Assembly (NCBI GenBank): GCA_041494685.1
Contig: JBGQBE010000012.1
Coordinates: 1 to 64,000, forward strand
Reading direction: 5' to 3'
DNA: 64,000 nt
From: Dehalococcoidia bacterium
GTDB lineage: Bacteria; Chloroflexota; Dehalococcoidia; DSTF01; JACRBR01
Positions 18,997-31,048 of this stretch are shown here, in pieces. A program made the position numbers and the translations under genes. The notes under the pieces are model-generated. The model was not told the origin of the DNA and made no database searches. It saw nothing but the letters and a program-made list of their open reading frames with translations. Positions within the stretch are counted from its first letter, which is position 1, and each line of letters starts with the position of its first letter.

Positions 18997-21444
18997 ATGC
19001 GAGTCTCACTCGAGTGGCTGGGCGACTATGTTGACCTGCGCTTGCCGCCGGAAGAGCTGGCGGCGCGGCTGACGCACGCCGGCCTCGCGGTCGATGCGAT
19101 CGTGCGCACGGGCGGCGACTGGGGCGCCGACATCCGCGTCGGCCAGATCGCGGCGGTCGAGCCGCACCCCAACGCAGACCGCCTGCGCCTCGCCACGGTG
19201 GACGTCGGCCCGGACGAGCGGCACCGCGTCGTCTGCGGCGCGCCGAACCTTGCCGTCGGCCAGAAGATCGCCTTCGCCACGGTGGGCGCGCGCGTGCGCG
19301 ACGGCCACAGCGGCAAGGAGTCGGTGCTCAAGCCCGCCGTCATCCGCGGCGTCGAGTCCGCCGGCATGGTGCTCAGCGAGCGCGAACTCGGCCTCTCTGA
19401 GGACCACGAAGGCATTTTGGTGCTGCCCGCCGACGCCGTGCCCGGCACGCGGCTGGCGGACCTGCTCGGCGACGTGATCTTCGAGCTGTCCGTCACGCCG
19501 AACCGCGCCGACTGGCTCTCCGTGCTCGGCATCGCCCGCGAGGTCGCCGCGCTCACCGGTGAAGCGGTGCGCGAGCCGTCGCTCGAGTACGCCGAGGCCG
19601 GCCCGCCGATCAAGGGCCGCGCGGCGGTCGAGATCCACGCGGCCGACCTCTGCCGCCGCTACGTCGCCACCGTGATCTCGGGCGTGACGATCGGCCCGTC
19701 GCCGCAGTGGATGCAGGAGCGGCTGATCGCGCTGGGCCAGCGGCCGATCAACAACGTCGTCGACATCACCAACTACGTGATGCTGGAGCTGGGACAGCCG
19801 CTCCACGCGTTCGACTACGACCGCGTCGCCGGCCACCGCATCATCGTGCGGCGCGGCGAGGACGAGGAGACGTTCCGTACGCTCGACGGCGAGGAGCGGG
19901 TGCTGACACGCGACATGCTCGTGATCGCCGATTCGGAAGGGCCGGTGGCGCTCGCCGGCGTCATGGGCGGGCTCGAGAGCGAGGTCACGGACAAGACCAC
20001 GAAGATCCTGCTGGAGTCGGCCAACTTCCTGGGCGCGAACGTCCGGCGCACGAGCGTGGCGCTCAAGTCGCGCAGCGAGGCGTCGTCCCGCTTCGAGAAG
20101 GGGCTGCCGGCGGAGACCGCACTGATCGCGTCGCGTCGCGCCACGAAGCTGCTGGTGGAGCTGTGCGGCGGCAAGGCCGACGCCGGCTGCATCGACGTGT
20201 ACCCCGCGAAGCAGAAAGAGACGCGGGTCGAGGTGACGAAGGAGCGTATGGCGCGCCTGATCGGCATCGACCCGCCGACCGCGAAGGTGCGGGCCGTCCT
20301 GACCGCGCTCGGCTTCTCGGTGCGCTGGGTGCCGCCGGACCGCTACGTCGTGCGCGTGCCGTACTGGCGCCCGGACGTCCGCATCGCCGATGACGTGATC
20401 GAAGAGGTCGCGCGCGTCAACGGCTACGACGAGATCCCCGCGAAGCTGCTGGAGGGCGCGGTGCCCTCGCCGATCGCGCAACCGCTGCGCGACCTGCGCG
20501 AGCGCGCGCGCGACGTGCTGGCCGCGGCGGGCATGCACGAGGTGATCTCGTACTCGATGACGACGCTGGAGGCGCTCCAGCGCGTCATGCCGAAGGAGGA
20601 CCTGGCGATCTATCCGCCGTTCCGCCTCGTCAACCCGATCAGCGCCGACCACGAGTACCTGCGCCCGACGCTGCGGGCCAGCGTGCTGCAGACGCTCGGC
20701 GCGAACCTGCGCTACCAGCACGGCGAAGTGGCGATCTTCGAGACGGCGCGCGTCTACCAGCGCGGCGACGAGCGCCTGCCGCAGTCCGGCCGCCCCTTCG
20801 GCGAAGAGGTGATGCCGGTCGAGGGCGAGCAGGTGATCGGCGCGATCAGCGGCCACCGCGCCGACCGCTGGGGCCGCCCGTCGGATGACGCGCTCGACTT
20901 CTTCGACGCGAAAGCGTACGTCGACGACCTGCTGCACGGCCTCGGCGCGGACGCGGAGTACATGGCGGCCGACGAGTTCGGGCTCGTGCCGGGACGCACG
21001 GCGGAGGTGCGCGCCGGCGGCGCGCGCGTCGGCGTCGTCGGCCAGGTGCACCCGGAGGTCGCCGCCGCGTTCGAAGTGGAGCAGGAAGCCTACATCTTCG
21101 ACATCTCGCTCGACGCGCTGCTGCCGCACGTCCGGGGCGCGCGCAAGATGGCGCCCGTGTCGCGCTTCCCCGCCGTCGAGCAGGACCTCGCGCTGATCGT
21201 GGACCGCGCCGCCGAGGCGGGCGCGCTGCGCCGCGCGATCGAGGCGTCGGCGCTGGTGCGCGAGGCGCGCATCTTCGACGTGTACACGGGCGACCAGGTG
21301 CCCGCCGGCCGCAAGTCGATCGCCTTCTCGGTGACGTATCAGTCCGACGACCACACGCTCACCGACGACGAGGTCGCGAAGGCGCAACGCAAGATCCTGG
21401 AGCGCCTCCGCCGCGAGTTCAACGCGGAACTCCGCGGCGGCTAG
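18997..21444 (+). CDS. pheT: phenylalanine--tRNA ligase beta subunit
   Basis: HPNADRL, VCGAPN, TPNRAD, NNVVDITNYV, FDX-ACB C-terminus. Confidence 0.97.
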   Translation: MRVSLEWLGDYVDLRLPPEELAARLTHAGLAVDAIVRTGGDWGADIRVGQIAAVEPHPNADRLRLATVDVGPDERHRVVCGAPNLAVGQKIAFATVGARVRDGHSGKESVLKPAVIRGVESAGMVLSERELGLSEDHEGILVLPADAVPGTRLADLLGDVIFELSVTPNRADWLSVLGIAREVAALTGEAVREPSLEYAEAGPPIKGRAAVEIHAADLCRRYVATVISGVTIGPSPQWMQERLIALGQRPINNVVDITNYVMLELGQPLHAFDYDRVAGHRIIVRRGEDEETFRTLDGEERVLTRDMLVIADSEGPVALAGVMGGLESEVTDKTTKILLESANFLGANVRRTSVALKSRSEASSRFEKGLPAETALIASRRATKLLVELCGGKADAGCIDVYPAKQKETRVEVTKERMARLIGIDPPTAKVRAVLTALGFSVRWVPPDRYVVRVPYWRPDVRIADDVIEEVARVNGYDEIPAKLLEGAVPSPIAQPLRDLRERARDVLAAAGMHEVISYSMTTLEALQRVMPKEDLAIYPPFRLVNPISADHEYLRPTLRASVLQTLGANLRYQHGEVAIFETARVYQRGDERLPQSGRPFGEEVMPVEGEQVIGAISGHRADRWGRPSDDALDFFDAKAYVDDLLHGLGADAEYMAADEFGLVPGRTAEVRAGGARVGVVGQVHPEVAAAFEVEQEAYIFDISLDALLPHVRGARKMAPVSRFPAVEQDLALIVDRAAEAGALRRAIEASALVREARIFDVYTGDQVPAGRKSIAFSVTYQSDDHTLTDDEVAKAQRKILERLRREFNAELRGG

Positions 21445-21451
21445 AGAGACG

Positions 21452-21754
21452 CTACTCGTCCAGCCCCGGGCCCATCTCCACGCGCGGGTTATACGGCGTG
21501 AAGCCCAGCAGGTCGTCGATCGACTCCTCGTCGAAGCCGATTACCACTTCGCCGTCGATCACGGTCACCGGCGTGCCCGTCGCGCCGAGATCCATCATCT
21601 CCTGCCGCGCGCCCGGGTCGCGGTCGACGTCGCGCTCCGTGTACGTCTGGCCGCGCGACTCCAGGTGCAGGCGCACCATCTCCGAGAACTCGCAGGATCC
21701 CGACGCGTACAGGACGACCGTGTGCTCGATGGTGTTCACGGTTTCGGCAGTCAT
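21452..21754 (-). CDS. glutaredoxin/NrdH-like protein (CxxS)
   Basis: YASGSCEFS active-site position, TPVTVIDGEVVIGFD. Confidence 0.85.
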   Translation of the reverse strand: MTAETVNTIEHTVVLYASGSCEFSEMVRLHLESRGQTYTERDVDRDPGARQEMMDLGATGTPVTVIDGEVVIGFDEESIDDLLGFTPYNPRVEMGPGLDE

Positions 21755-21760
21755 GTGTCT

Positions 21761-21891
21761 CCAGTTGGTAGTCTGTGGTTCGTAGCGAGTAGTCTGTAGC
21801 CCGGCGGGGCTGCATCAGTCTGGGTGCATGGCTGCGTCCGGGCAAGTACCGGGCGGGACCACTCGCTACCGACCACCGGCTACGGCACTGG
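21761..21891. repeat. heptamer-armed palindromic intergenic element (GTAGnnn / nnnCTAC)
   Basis: Left GTAGTCT GTGGTTC GTAGCGA GTAGTCT GTAGCCC; right GGACCAC TCGCTAC CGACCAC CGGCTAC; arms complementary. Confidence 0.7.
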
Positions 21892-21903
21892 AAAGGCAGT
21901 CCC

Positions 21904-22773
21904 ATGAAGATCGGCGCGCACGTATCGACGGCCGGCGGGCTCACGACGGCGTTCGAGCGCGCGTTGAACATCGGCGCCGAGTGCATGCAGATCTTCGAGT
22001 CGGCGCCGCAGCAGTGGGGCACGTCGCGCATCGACGCCGCGCAGGCGCAGGCGTTCCGCGACGGCATGGCGGAGTCCGGCATCGGGCCCGTGTTCATCCA
22101 CGGCAAGTACCTGATGAACCTGGCCAGCGCCGACGCCAAGATCTTCAAGACCTCGGCCAGCACGCTCCGCAGCACGCTCGTCATCGCCGGGCGGATCGGC
22201 GCGCGCGGCGTCATCTTCCACACGGGCAGCCACAAGGGACTCGGACTGGAGGCGGTGTTCGAGCAGGTCTGCGAGGCGGCCGTCAGCATCCTGGCGGAGA
22301 CGCCGGACGACGTCTGGATGATCTTCGAGAACTCGGCGGGGCAGGGCGGCACGATCGGCTCGCAGTTCGCCGACCTCGGCCAGATCCTCAAGCGCATCGA
22401 CAACCCGCGCGCGAAGGTGTGCGTCGACACCTGCCACGCCTTCGCCGCCGGCTACGACCTGAGCACCGCCGCCGGCGTCGCCGCCGCCATGGACGAACTG
22501 GAGCGCGAGATCGGCGCGGAGAACGTCGCCGCGGTGCACTGCAACGACTCCAAGACGCCGCTCGGCGCGGGCCGCGACCTGCACGAGAACATCGGCGAAG
22601 GCCACATCGGCCGCGCGGGCTTCGAGGCGCTGGTGGCGCATCGGGCCTTCGCCGGCGTGCCGTTCCTGCTGGAGGTGCCCGGCTTCAAGCTCGACGGCGC
22701 GGCCAAGGGCCCCGACAAGCAGAACGTCGACCTGATGAAGGAGATTCGCGCGAAGGCGAAAGTGAAGCCTTAG
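21904..22773 (+). CDS. nfo: endonuclease IV
   Basis: IGAHVS, HGKYLMNL, FENSAGQG, DTCHAFAAGYD, HCNDSK, DLHENIG. Confidence 0.95.
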   Translation: MKIGAHVSTAGGLTTAFERALNIGAECMQIFESAPQQWGTSRIDAAQAQAFRDGMAESGIGPVFIHGKYLMNLASADAKIFKTSASTLRSTLVIAGRIGARGVIFHTGSHKGLGLEAVFEQVCEAAVSILAETPDDVWMIFENSAGQGGTIGSQFADLGQILKRIDNPRAKVCVDTCHAFAAGYDLSTAAGVAAAMDELEREIGAENVAAVHCNDSKTPLGAGRDLHENIGEGHIGRAGFEALVAHRAFAGVPFLLEVPGFKLDGAAKGPDKQNVDLMKEIRAKAKVKP

Positions 22774-22779
22774 CGCGCC

Positions 22780-22855
22780 GAACCCAGAACCGAGAACCGC
22801 CCGCCCGCCAAGTCGCATCGCGATCCGGCCAACTAGGTCCCAGATTCTAAGTTCT
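22780..22855. repeat. heptamer-armed element (GAACCnn / nGTTCTn)
   Basis: GAACCCA GAACCGA GAACCGC ... GGTCCCA GATTCTA AGTTCT. Confidence 0.55.
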
Positions 22856-22906
22856 ACCGCTCGGCTCGCGCGAAACCGATGGCCGTGCCAAGGGCCGAGG
22901 TCGATA
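22855..22906 (+). mobile_element. remnant of IS1595-family element (fragment of its small internal ORF)
   Basis: 48/53 nt identical to 40800-40852 inside the IS1595 element; same position relative to a convergent DUF3800-like gene. Confidence 0.65.
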
Positions 22907-22935
22907 AGGTGAATAGGCGAGAGGAACGCCAGACG

Positions 22936-23709
22936 TCATCCGCTCGCACCCTCTGACTCTCGCTTCAGTGCATCGGCCCTGACGAACATCTCGTAGTCCC
23001 AAGTGATCGCATGGCGAGGTGCTCCAAACCAACTCATCATCGTTGACGCTTGTTCTCCTTGCCAATTCCTGAGCCCACGGTTCGTATGCCATGCCAGAAA
23101 GTCGGCCGCCTGGATCGGCGGGAACTCCCTGTAATCCAGAGACCGAGGCGTGGCAGAAATGCGACTCAGGATGTCGTTAGGGTTCCATTTTCTCCGCTCC
23201 CATTCTCTCTGAACATGATGGTGAAACCGCTCACCGCGATCGAAAAACAAGAGGATATCGCCAGCCTGTCCCGATGGGTCCTTCGTCAATGTGACGAGCC
23301 AGCTTGATGCCGTGTTCACAAACCAGTTCGCGCAAAGCCCCACCGGGGAGACATCGTTTACCCACGGCATGTCAACGCGCGCGCGCTCATACCCCTCACA
23401 ATCGACGGTACATGCCGCGTGGACGAATTGCTCTTCCCACGCAATCTTCTCAAAGCAACGCCTATAGAGATCGTTCCGCAACGCTCGAACCCGCTCTTCG
23501 GACCAGCCAGCGAAGTCCTTTGCTCTGCCGTGCGCATCCTTCGAGTGCCACGGTTTGCTGCCGTGATCGTCGAGGGTCGCAGACCACTCGTGCCCAAAGC
23601 GATCCCAAGCTTCCGTTGGGGCAATCAATCCAGCAAGCGTCAGGAAGGGCGTGTTTGGATCGTCCGGATGCCCGCTTCCGTCGCAGTAGCCCTTAAGCAC
23701 AATCGTCAT
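22936..23709 (-). CDS. DUF3800-like protein (RNase H-like fold)
   Basis: YCDGSG, LAGLI, W..L...WHSKD, FFDRG, IQAADFLAW motifs; visibly lower GC than flanks. Confidence 0.8.
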   Translation of the reverse strand: MTIVLKGYCDGSGHPDDPNTPFLTLAGLIAPTEAWDRFGHEWSATLDDHGSKPWHSKDAHGRAKDFAGWSEERVRALRNDLYRRCFEKIAWEEQFVHAACTVDCEGYERARVDMPWVNDVSPVGLCANWFVNTASSWLVTLTKDPSGQAGDILLFFDRGERFHHHVQREWERRKWNPNDILSRISATPRSLDYREFPPIQAADFLAWHTNRGLRNWQGEQASTMMSWFGAPRHAITWDYEMFVRADALKRESEGASG

Positions 23710-23811
23710 GAGGTCTGCTCGCGGTCGATTGAACGGTGAGAGGATTGCCAGCGGCAGCCATGCGGTTACCGTGACCAACCGCCAATCAATGATGGGTCAT
23801 CGGCGCCCGCC

Positions 23812-24732
23812 CTACGCCACGCCCGACAGCGCCGTCTCCGGGATCGTCACCTTGTACAGCTCGGCGACCAGCGCGAAGAAGGCGTAGACCGCGCGCGTGT
23901 ACTTGCGGTTCTTGCGGAAGATCAGCGAGATCTGGCGGCGCGGCATCGTCGCGTCGCTGACCGTGACCGGGATCAGCGTGCCCTGCTGGAACTCCCGCTC
24001 CGTCGATACCTTGGGCAGCAGCGCGACACCCAGCCCCTCCTCCACCATCTTCTTCGTCGCCTCGATCGTGTCCAGCTCCATCAGCGTGTGCGGCACGATG
24101 CCGTGCTGGCGGAAGACGCCCTGGATCAGCTGGTTGTAGCTGGAGCCCTTGTCGAACTGGATCAGCGGCTCGCGGCCGACGTCGTCGATCGTGGCCGCGC
24201 CGGTCTTCGCGAAGCGGTGCTGCGGCGACGCCACCAGCACCAGGTCGTCCTCGTACAGCGGCACCGTGACGATCTCGGGGTGGTGCACCGTGCGCTCGAG
24301 CGCGCAGTGCACGTCGTCGCTCAGCACCATCTGCAGCACCTGCTCGGAGCGGCCGGTGTGCACGCTCACCTCGACGCCGGGGTATTGCGAGCAGTAGCGC
24401 TTCAGGATGCGCGGCAGCACGTAGGTGCTCACGGTCAGCGCCGAGCCGAGCTTCAGCGCGCCGATGTCGAGGTTGCGCATGCCGTCGAGCGCGTCGCGTC
24501 CCTCCTGTAGCGCCTTCAGCGCGCGGCGCGCGAACGGCAGGAACGTCGTGCCCATCTCGGTGAGCCGCACGCCGCGGCCGTTGCGCTCGAAGAGCGCCTC
24601 GCCGAGATCGCGCTCCAGCGACTGGATGCGCGCCGTGACGGACGGTTGCGTGAGGAACAGCGCGTCGGCAGCCTTGCTGAAGCTGCGGTACTGCGCGACC
24701 TGTACGAACGCCTCGACTTGTCCGAGGTCCAC
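23812..24732 (-). CDS. LysR-family transcriptional regulator
   Basis: SFSKAADALFLTQPSVTARIQSLE, LFER, LysR substrate domain. Confidence 0.95.
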   Translation of the reverse strand: MDLGQVEAFVQVAQYRSFSKAADALFLTQPSVTARIQSLERDLGEALFERNGRGVRLTEMGTTFLPFARRALKALQEGRDALDGMRNLDIGALKLGSALTVSTYVLPRILKRYCSQYPGVEVSVHTGRSEQVLQMVLSDDVHCALERTVHHPEIVTVPLYEDDLVLVASPQHRFAKTGAATIDDVGREPLIQFDKGSSYNQLIQGVFRQHGIVPHTLMELDTIEATKKMVEEGLGVALLPKVSTEREFQQGTLIPVTVSDATMPRRQISLIFRKNRKYTRAVYAFFALVAELYKVTIPETALSGVA

Positions 24733-24852
24733 CGGTTTGCCTTGTCATAACCCGCGCACGGCGGGTGGGTTACACCCGAGAGGGAGTACAGCGACTATCG
24801 GCCGCGTCTATAGAGACCGTAGTGTGCCACCGATCCCGGTCGATTGCAATAC

Positions 24853-25401
24853 CTAGCGGATGCCGGAATCGTACTTCACTTGAATGCTCGTCACGCGGCC
24901 CTGGACGACCTCGGCCGTCTGCTCCACTGCGTGCGGCATCGGCCCCGCGGACTCGCCGACGACGCGATAGCTGCCGGGCGGCAGCGCCGCGAAGAAGCGG
25001 CCGTCCGCCGCCGACTCCACCGATGCGACGGGAGAGCCGTCGCTCAAGCGCGAGAATGTGAGCCTGGCCTGGTACGGCCGGTCGGCGCAGGGGCTCTCCG
25101 GACGCTCCACCGGGCATGTCGGGCCGATCGTCACCATCCCCGCAATGCCCGTCGCGCCCTCCGGCGGCGGCGTCGAGGTCGGCGGCGCGGGCGTCGCGCT
25201 CACGGCAGGCGCCGGCGTCGCGCTGGACGGCGGCACGCCGCCCGGCGTGACCGCGATGGCGGTGCCGGAGATCGCGGTCATCACGCCGCCCGGCGTGGCG
25301 CTCGCCGCCGGCGTGGCCGTGGGTGCGCGCGACGCGCCCGTGCCGCACGCCGCGAGCAGGGTGGCCGTGATCGTGATCGCTGCGATGATGTGACGTGACA
25401 T
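24853..25401 (-). CDS. lipoprotein with Pro/Thr linker and carboxypeptidase-regulatory-like domain
   Basis: Lipobox LAAC; GPTCPVE...C, ADGRF..LPPGSY motifs. Confidence 0.75.
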   Translation of the reverse strand: MSRHIIAAITITATLLAACGTGASRAPTATPAASATPGGVMTAISGTAIAVTPGGVPPSSATPAPAVSATPAPPTSTPPPEGATGIAGMVTIGPTCPVERPESPCADRPYQARLTFSRLSDGSPVASVESAADGRFFAALPPGSYRVVGESAGPMPHAVEQTAEVVQGRVTSIQVKYDSGIR

Positions 25402-25547
25402 ACGCCCTCGCCGGCCGGGCGCGCCCGGCGCCCGATCGTACCACGACGGCCCTCCGGGCCAGCCGCTGTGGTTCGATCTTTGGGCGGCCGGTACACTGCC
25501 CGCAACCCGCCGCGCACCGGCGGGGACCCACCCGACCAGGAGGAGAC

Positions 25548-27398
<1,851 letters not shown>

Positions 27399-27506
27399 CG
27401 GGCTCGTGCGCGCGGCGGTCCCGGGACAAGAACACATGAGGCTCGCGCCGCAATCGGCGTGAGCCTCCATCGCTTCGGCGCTTCTGGCCGCGTGTCCCGG
27501 CGGTAC

Positions 27507-29135
27507 TTACTTCACGCGCGTGTTCACGTACCACTCCTGCACGTTCGCGAAGCGCGACGCCGGAGTGAACAGCAGCGCCTCGGCGAAGCCCTGCGTGCGC
27601 GCGCTCTGCGCGTAAACGTAGACCGGCGAGTACAGCGGGATCTGCGGCGCGGCGGCGATGATCAACCCCTCGAACAGCGCGTAGAGCTCCTTGCGGCGCG
27701 CCGTGTCCGTCGTCTGGCGCGCGCGCTGCAGCACGTCGTCCATGCGCGGGTCGGAGTAGTTGCTCAGGTTGCGGCCCGGCGGCGCGATCTGGCTGCTGTG
27801 CCAGAACGGATAGGGGTCGGGGTCCGCCCCCGGGTCCACCGCCACGAGCGCCGCCTGGAACTTGCGCGGCACCAGCACGTCGTCGATGTACGTGGACGCC
27901 GCCAGCGGCTGCACCTGCACGTCCGCGCCGATCGCCCGCCACTGCCGCGCCAGGTTCTGCGCGATCGCGACGCGTTGCGGGTCGTTCGTCGTCGAGAGCG
28001 TGAACGCCAGGCGCTGGTCGCCGTTGCGGCGCACGCCATCCGTGCCGCGCGACCATCCCGACGCCTCCAGCGAGCGCGCCGACGCGCCCGGGTCGAACGC
28101 GGGTACGTCCACGGGCGAGTACGCCCAGGACGCGCGCGGGATGCCGGTATCGGCCAGCGTGCCGCGCCCGTCGACAGCGTCGTCGATCAGCGATTGCGGG
28201 TTGATCGCCTGCCAGAGCGCCTGGCGCAAATCGCGGTCGGCGAAGAGCGGTGCCCGCGTATCCAGGTAGACGGTGTTGTAGGAGGCGGCGGTCAGATTGT
28301 GCAGCGTCACCTTCTTGTCGCTGGCCAGGAACTCGATCTCCGACTTCGGCGTGTCGGGACCCAGCAGCGCGCCGTCGATGTCGTGCGCGCGCACGGCGGC
28401 CGACAGGGACGCGGCGTCCGGGTACACGCGGAACTCGAGCGTGCTGATGCGGGGCGGGCCCAGGTAGTAGGTCGAGTTAGAGGCGAGGACGACGCCGCCT
28501 CCGTCGGTGTGGCGCTTGAACGTGTAGGGCCCGGTGCCGATCGGATGGGCGTTGAACTCGGCGTTGAAGAGCTGATTCGCGTCCATCCCGTGCAGCAGGT
28601 GCTGTGGCAGCATCCCCACCGTCAGGTACGAAAGGAACGGCGCGTACGCCTGCTCCAGCTTGAACTCGACGGTTGCCGGGTCGCGCGCGCTGACGGCGAC
28701 GCCCTCCATGAGTTGCGCCAGCGCCGGATCGCCCTTGAACCCCGGGTCGGCGATCGCCTTGAACGTGAAGACGACGTCGTCCGCGTCGAACGGCTCACCG
28801 TCCTGCCACGCGACGCCCTGGCGCAGGTGGAAGACGTAGCTCTGGCCGTTGCCCGTGATCTCCCAGCGCTCCGCCAGGTCCGCTTGCGGCGTGCCGTCCG
28901 GCCCCAGGCGCACGAGCCCGCTGAACACCAGCGACGCGACGTCGCCATCCACCGGATTGTTCCCAACGAACAGCGGGTTGATGCGCTCGGGCGCGACCGT
29001 CACGCCCTCGACGTAGTGGCCGCCGCTGGCGGGCACGGTCGCGCCCGTAGGGTTCGCGAGGACGACGTACCAGAAGATGGCGACGGCGGAGACGCCTGCC
29101 ACGAGGGCGGCGAACAGGGGCCATCGGGTGTGCAT
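27507..29135 (-). CDS. peptide ABC transporter substrate-binding protein (family 5)
   Basis: DLAERWE, WQDGEPFDADDVVFT, PIGTGPY, N-terminal anchor. Confidence 0.92.
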   Translation of the reverse strand: MHTRWPLFAALVAGVSAVAIFWYVVLANPTGATVPASGGHYVEGVTVAPERINPLFVGNNPVDGDVASLVFSGLVRLGPDGTPQADLAERWEITGNGQSYVFHLRQGVAWQDGEPFDADDVVFTFKAIADPGFKGDPALAQLMEGVAVSARDPATVEFKLEQAYAPFLSYLTVGMLPQHLLHGMDANQLFNAEFNAHPIGTGPYTFKRHTDGGGVVLASNSTYYLGPPRISTLEFRVYPDAASLSAAVRAHDIDGALLGPDTPKSEIEFLASDKKVTLHNLTAASYNTVYLDTRAPLFADRDLRQALWQAINPQSLIDDAVDGRGTLADTGIPRASWAYSPVDVPAFDPGASARSLEASGWSRGTDGVRRNGDQRLAFTLSTTNDPQRVAIAQNLARQWRAIGADVQVQPLAASTYIDDVLVPRKFQAALVAVDPGADPDPYPFWHSSQIAPPGRNLSNYSDPRMDDVLQRARQTTDTARRKELYALFEGLIIAAAPQIPLYSPVYVYAQSARTQGFAEALLFTPASRFANVQEWYVNTRVK

Positions 29136-29180
29136 CAACGGCAACTCAACGGCCCCTCGATGAAGGTCCTGCGGCGCTGG

Positions 29181-29429
29181 TTAGCCGATCTCCGCCCGGA
29201 CGCCCCACACCGAGACGATGAGGAAGACGACCGCGATGACGATCGTGAGCTGGAACAGCGTCTTCTCGACGCCGCGGCGCGTGCGGAAGCTGCCGCTGGT
29301 GCCGCCCCCGAAGGCCGCGCCGACGCCCGAGCCCTTCGCCTGGAGCAGGATGATGACCGTGAGCACGATCGACACCAGGATCTGGGCCGTGTGGATGTAA
29401 TCTTTGAACTGAAGCGCGGCAAGTACCAA
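29181..29429 (-). CDS. secG: preprotein translocase subunit SecG
   Basis: ILLQAKGSGVGAAFGG...RTRRGVEKTL, two TM segments; start approximate. Confidence 0.9.
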   Translation of the reverse strand: MVLAALQFKDYIHTAQILVSIVLTVIILLQAKGSGVGAAFGGGTSGSFRTRRGVEKTLFQLTIVIAVVFLIVSVWGVRAEIG

Positions 29430-29514
29430 CAGACACCTCTCCTGATTCGACGCCGCATTGAAGCACAAACGGCCGTCCGAACTCAAATCTCCGTTCGCGA
29501 CGGGCCGCGCGGGC

Positions 29515-30459
29515 CTACATCGCGCGCAGCAGGCGGATGCGCTCCTCGACCGGCGGGTGCGTGTCGAAGAGGCCGTTCAGGAACGAGTTGTGGTCGCGCA
29601 ACGGGTTGCTGAAGTAGAGGTGGGCCGTGGCCTTGTTGGCCTCCTGCAGCGGTTCCGGGTCGGCGGTGATCTTCTCGAGCGCCCGCGCCAGCGCGTCGGG
29701 GTTGCGGCACAGCAGCGCGCCCGAGGCGTCCGCCAGGTACTCGCGCTGCCGCGAGATCGCGAGCTGGATCAGCTGCGCCGCGATCGGCGCCAGGATCGCC
29801 AGCACAACCGCGATCACGATCAAGATGGCGTATGCGCCGCCGCTGCGGTCATCGTTGCTCCGGCGGCTGCCGCTGCCGAACCACGCCCAGCGCATGAAGA
29901 AGTCGGAGAGCAGCGCCACCAGCCCCACCAGCACGACGGTGATCGTCATCACCCTGATGTCGTAGTTGCCGACGTGCGACATCTCGTGCGCGATCACGCC
30001 CTCCAGCTCGTTGTGGTCGAGCTTGTCCAGCAGGCCGCGTGTCGCCGTTACCGAGGCGTGCTTCGGGTCACGCCCCGTCGCGAAGGCGTTGGGGGCGCTG
30101 TCTTCGATCACGTAGACCTTCGGCATCGGCAGACCGGAGCCGATGCTCAGGTTCTCGACGATCCGGTAGAGGTCGGGCTCCTGCTCCTTTGTCACCTCGT
30201 GCGCGTTGCTCACCGCCAGCGCGACGCCGGCGCTGGCGTAATAGCTGATCATGGCGTAGGCGCCGAGGGCAACGAAGACGAAGGGCGCGCCCTGCCACGG
30301 CAGCCCGAACAGCAGCGCGATCACCGTCGCGAAGGCGCCGACGACGGCGACGAACACCAGCATCATCAGCCACGTCTGGCGCTTGTTCTTGCCGATGCGG
30401 TCGTAGACGAGGACTGGCTCGCCCGGCTCTCCGTGCAGGCTCTGGATGCTGTCGGCCAT
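29515..30459 (-). CDS. htpX: M48 zinc metalloprotease HtpX
   Basis: PNAFATG, HEMSH, SRQREYLAD, THPP; downstream of lemA. Confidence 0.92.
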   Translation of the reverse strand: MADSIQSLHGEPGEPVLVYDRIGKNKRQTWLMMLVFVAVVGAFATVIALLFGLPWQGAPFVFVALGAYAMISYYASAGVALAVSNAHEVTKEQEPDLYRIVENLSIGSGLPMPKVYVIEDSAPNAFATGRDPKHASVTATRGLLDKLDHNELEGVIAHEMSHVGNYDIRVMTITVVLVGLVALLSDFFMRWAWFGSGSRRSNDDRSGGAYAILIVIAVVLAILAPIAAQLIQLAISRQREYLADASGALLCRNPDALARALEKITADPEPLQEANKATAHLYFSNPLRDHNSFLNGLFDTHPPVEERIRLLRAM

Positions 30460-30463
30460 CCCG

Positions 30464-31048
30464 CTACGCGCTCGCGGCGGGCGGCGGGCTGGGCGTGAAG
30501 CTGACCTTCACGTCCTCGCGCGCGGCCTCTTCCGCTTCGAAGAACTCCGCCGCCTGGAAGCCGAACATGCCCGCGAAGATCGTGCTCGGGAACGTCTGCG
30601 TCTTCGTGTTGTACGCCAGGGCGTTCGTGTTGTAGAACTGGCGCGCGTACGCGATCTTCTCTTCGATGTCCGAGAGCTCGTGCTGCAGGTCGAGGAAGTT
30701 CTGGTTGGCCTTCAGGTCCGGGTAGGCCTCCGCGACCGCGAACAGCGAGCGCAGCGTCTGCGTCAGCATGTTGTTCGCCTCGGCGGCCTGGGCGGGTGTG
30801 CCCGCCTGTTGCAGCCGTGCGCGGGCGGCGGTGACGTTCTCGAACGTCTCCTTCTCGTGCGCGGCGTACCCCTTGACGGTCTCCACCAGGTTCGGGATTA
30901 GCGACGCCCGGCGCTTGAGCTGGACGTCGATGCCGGACCAGGCCTCCTTGGTGCGAAGGCGCGCCTGCACCAGCCCGTTGTACATCAGCACGGCCCAGAC
31001 GACCGCCACCACGGCCACGGCAATGACGATAAGGATGATGATCGGCAC
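30464..31048 (-). CDS. lemA: LemA family protein
   Basis: [46 protein letters not shown] before GTG. Confidence 0.93.
   Translation of the reverse strand: MPIIILIVIAVAVVAVVWAVLMYNGLVQARLRTKEAWSGIDVQLKRRASLIPNLVETVKGYAAHEKETFENVTAARARLQQAGTPAQAAEANNMLTQTLRSLFAVAEAYPDLKANQNFLDLQHELSDIEEKIAYARQFYNTNALAYNTKTQTFPSTIFAGMFGFQAAEFFEAEEAAREDVKVSFTPSPPPAASA

Noticed and set aside
23747..23811. Right IR of the IS relic next to the first DUF3800-like gene
   Set aside because: Only GTTACC (23765-23770) matches the IR end; the TGAGTCAAGTATA core is absent.
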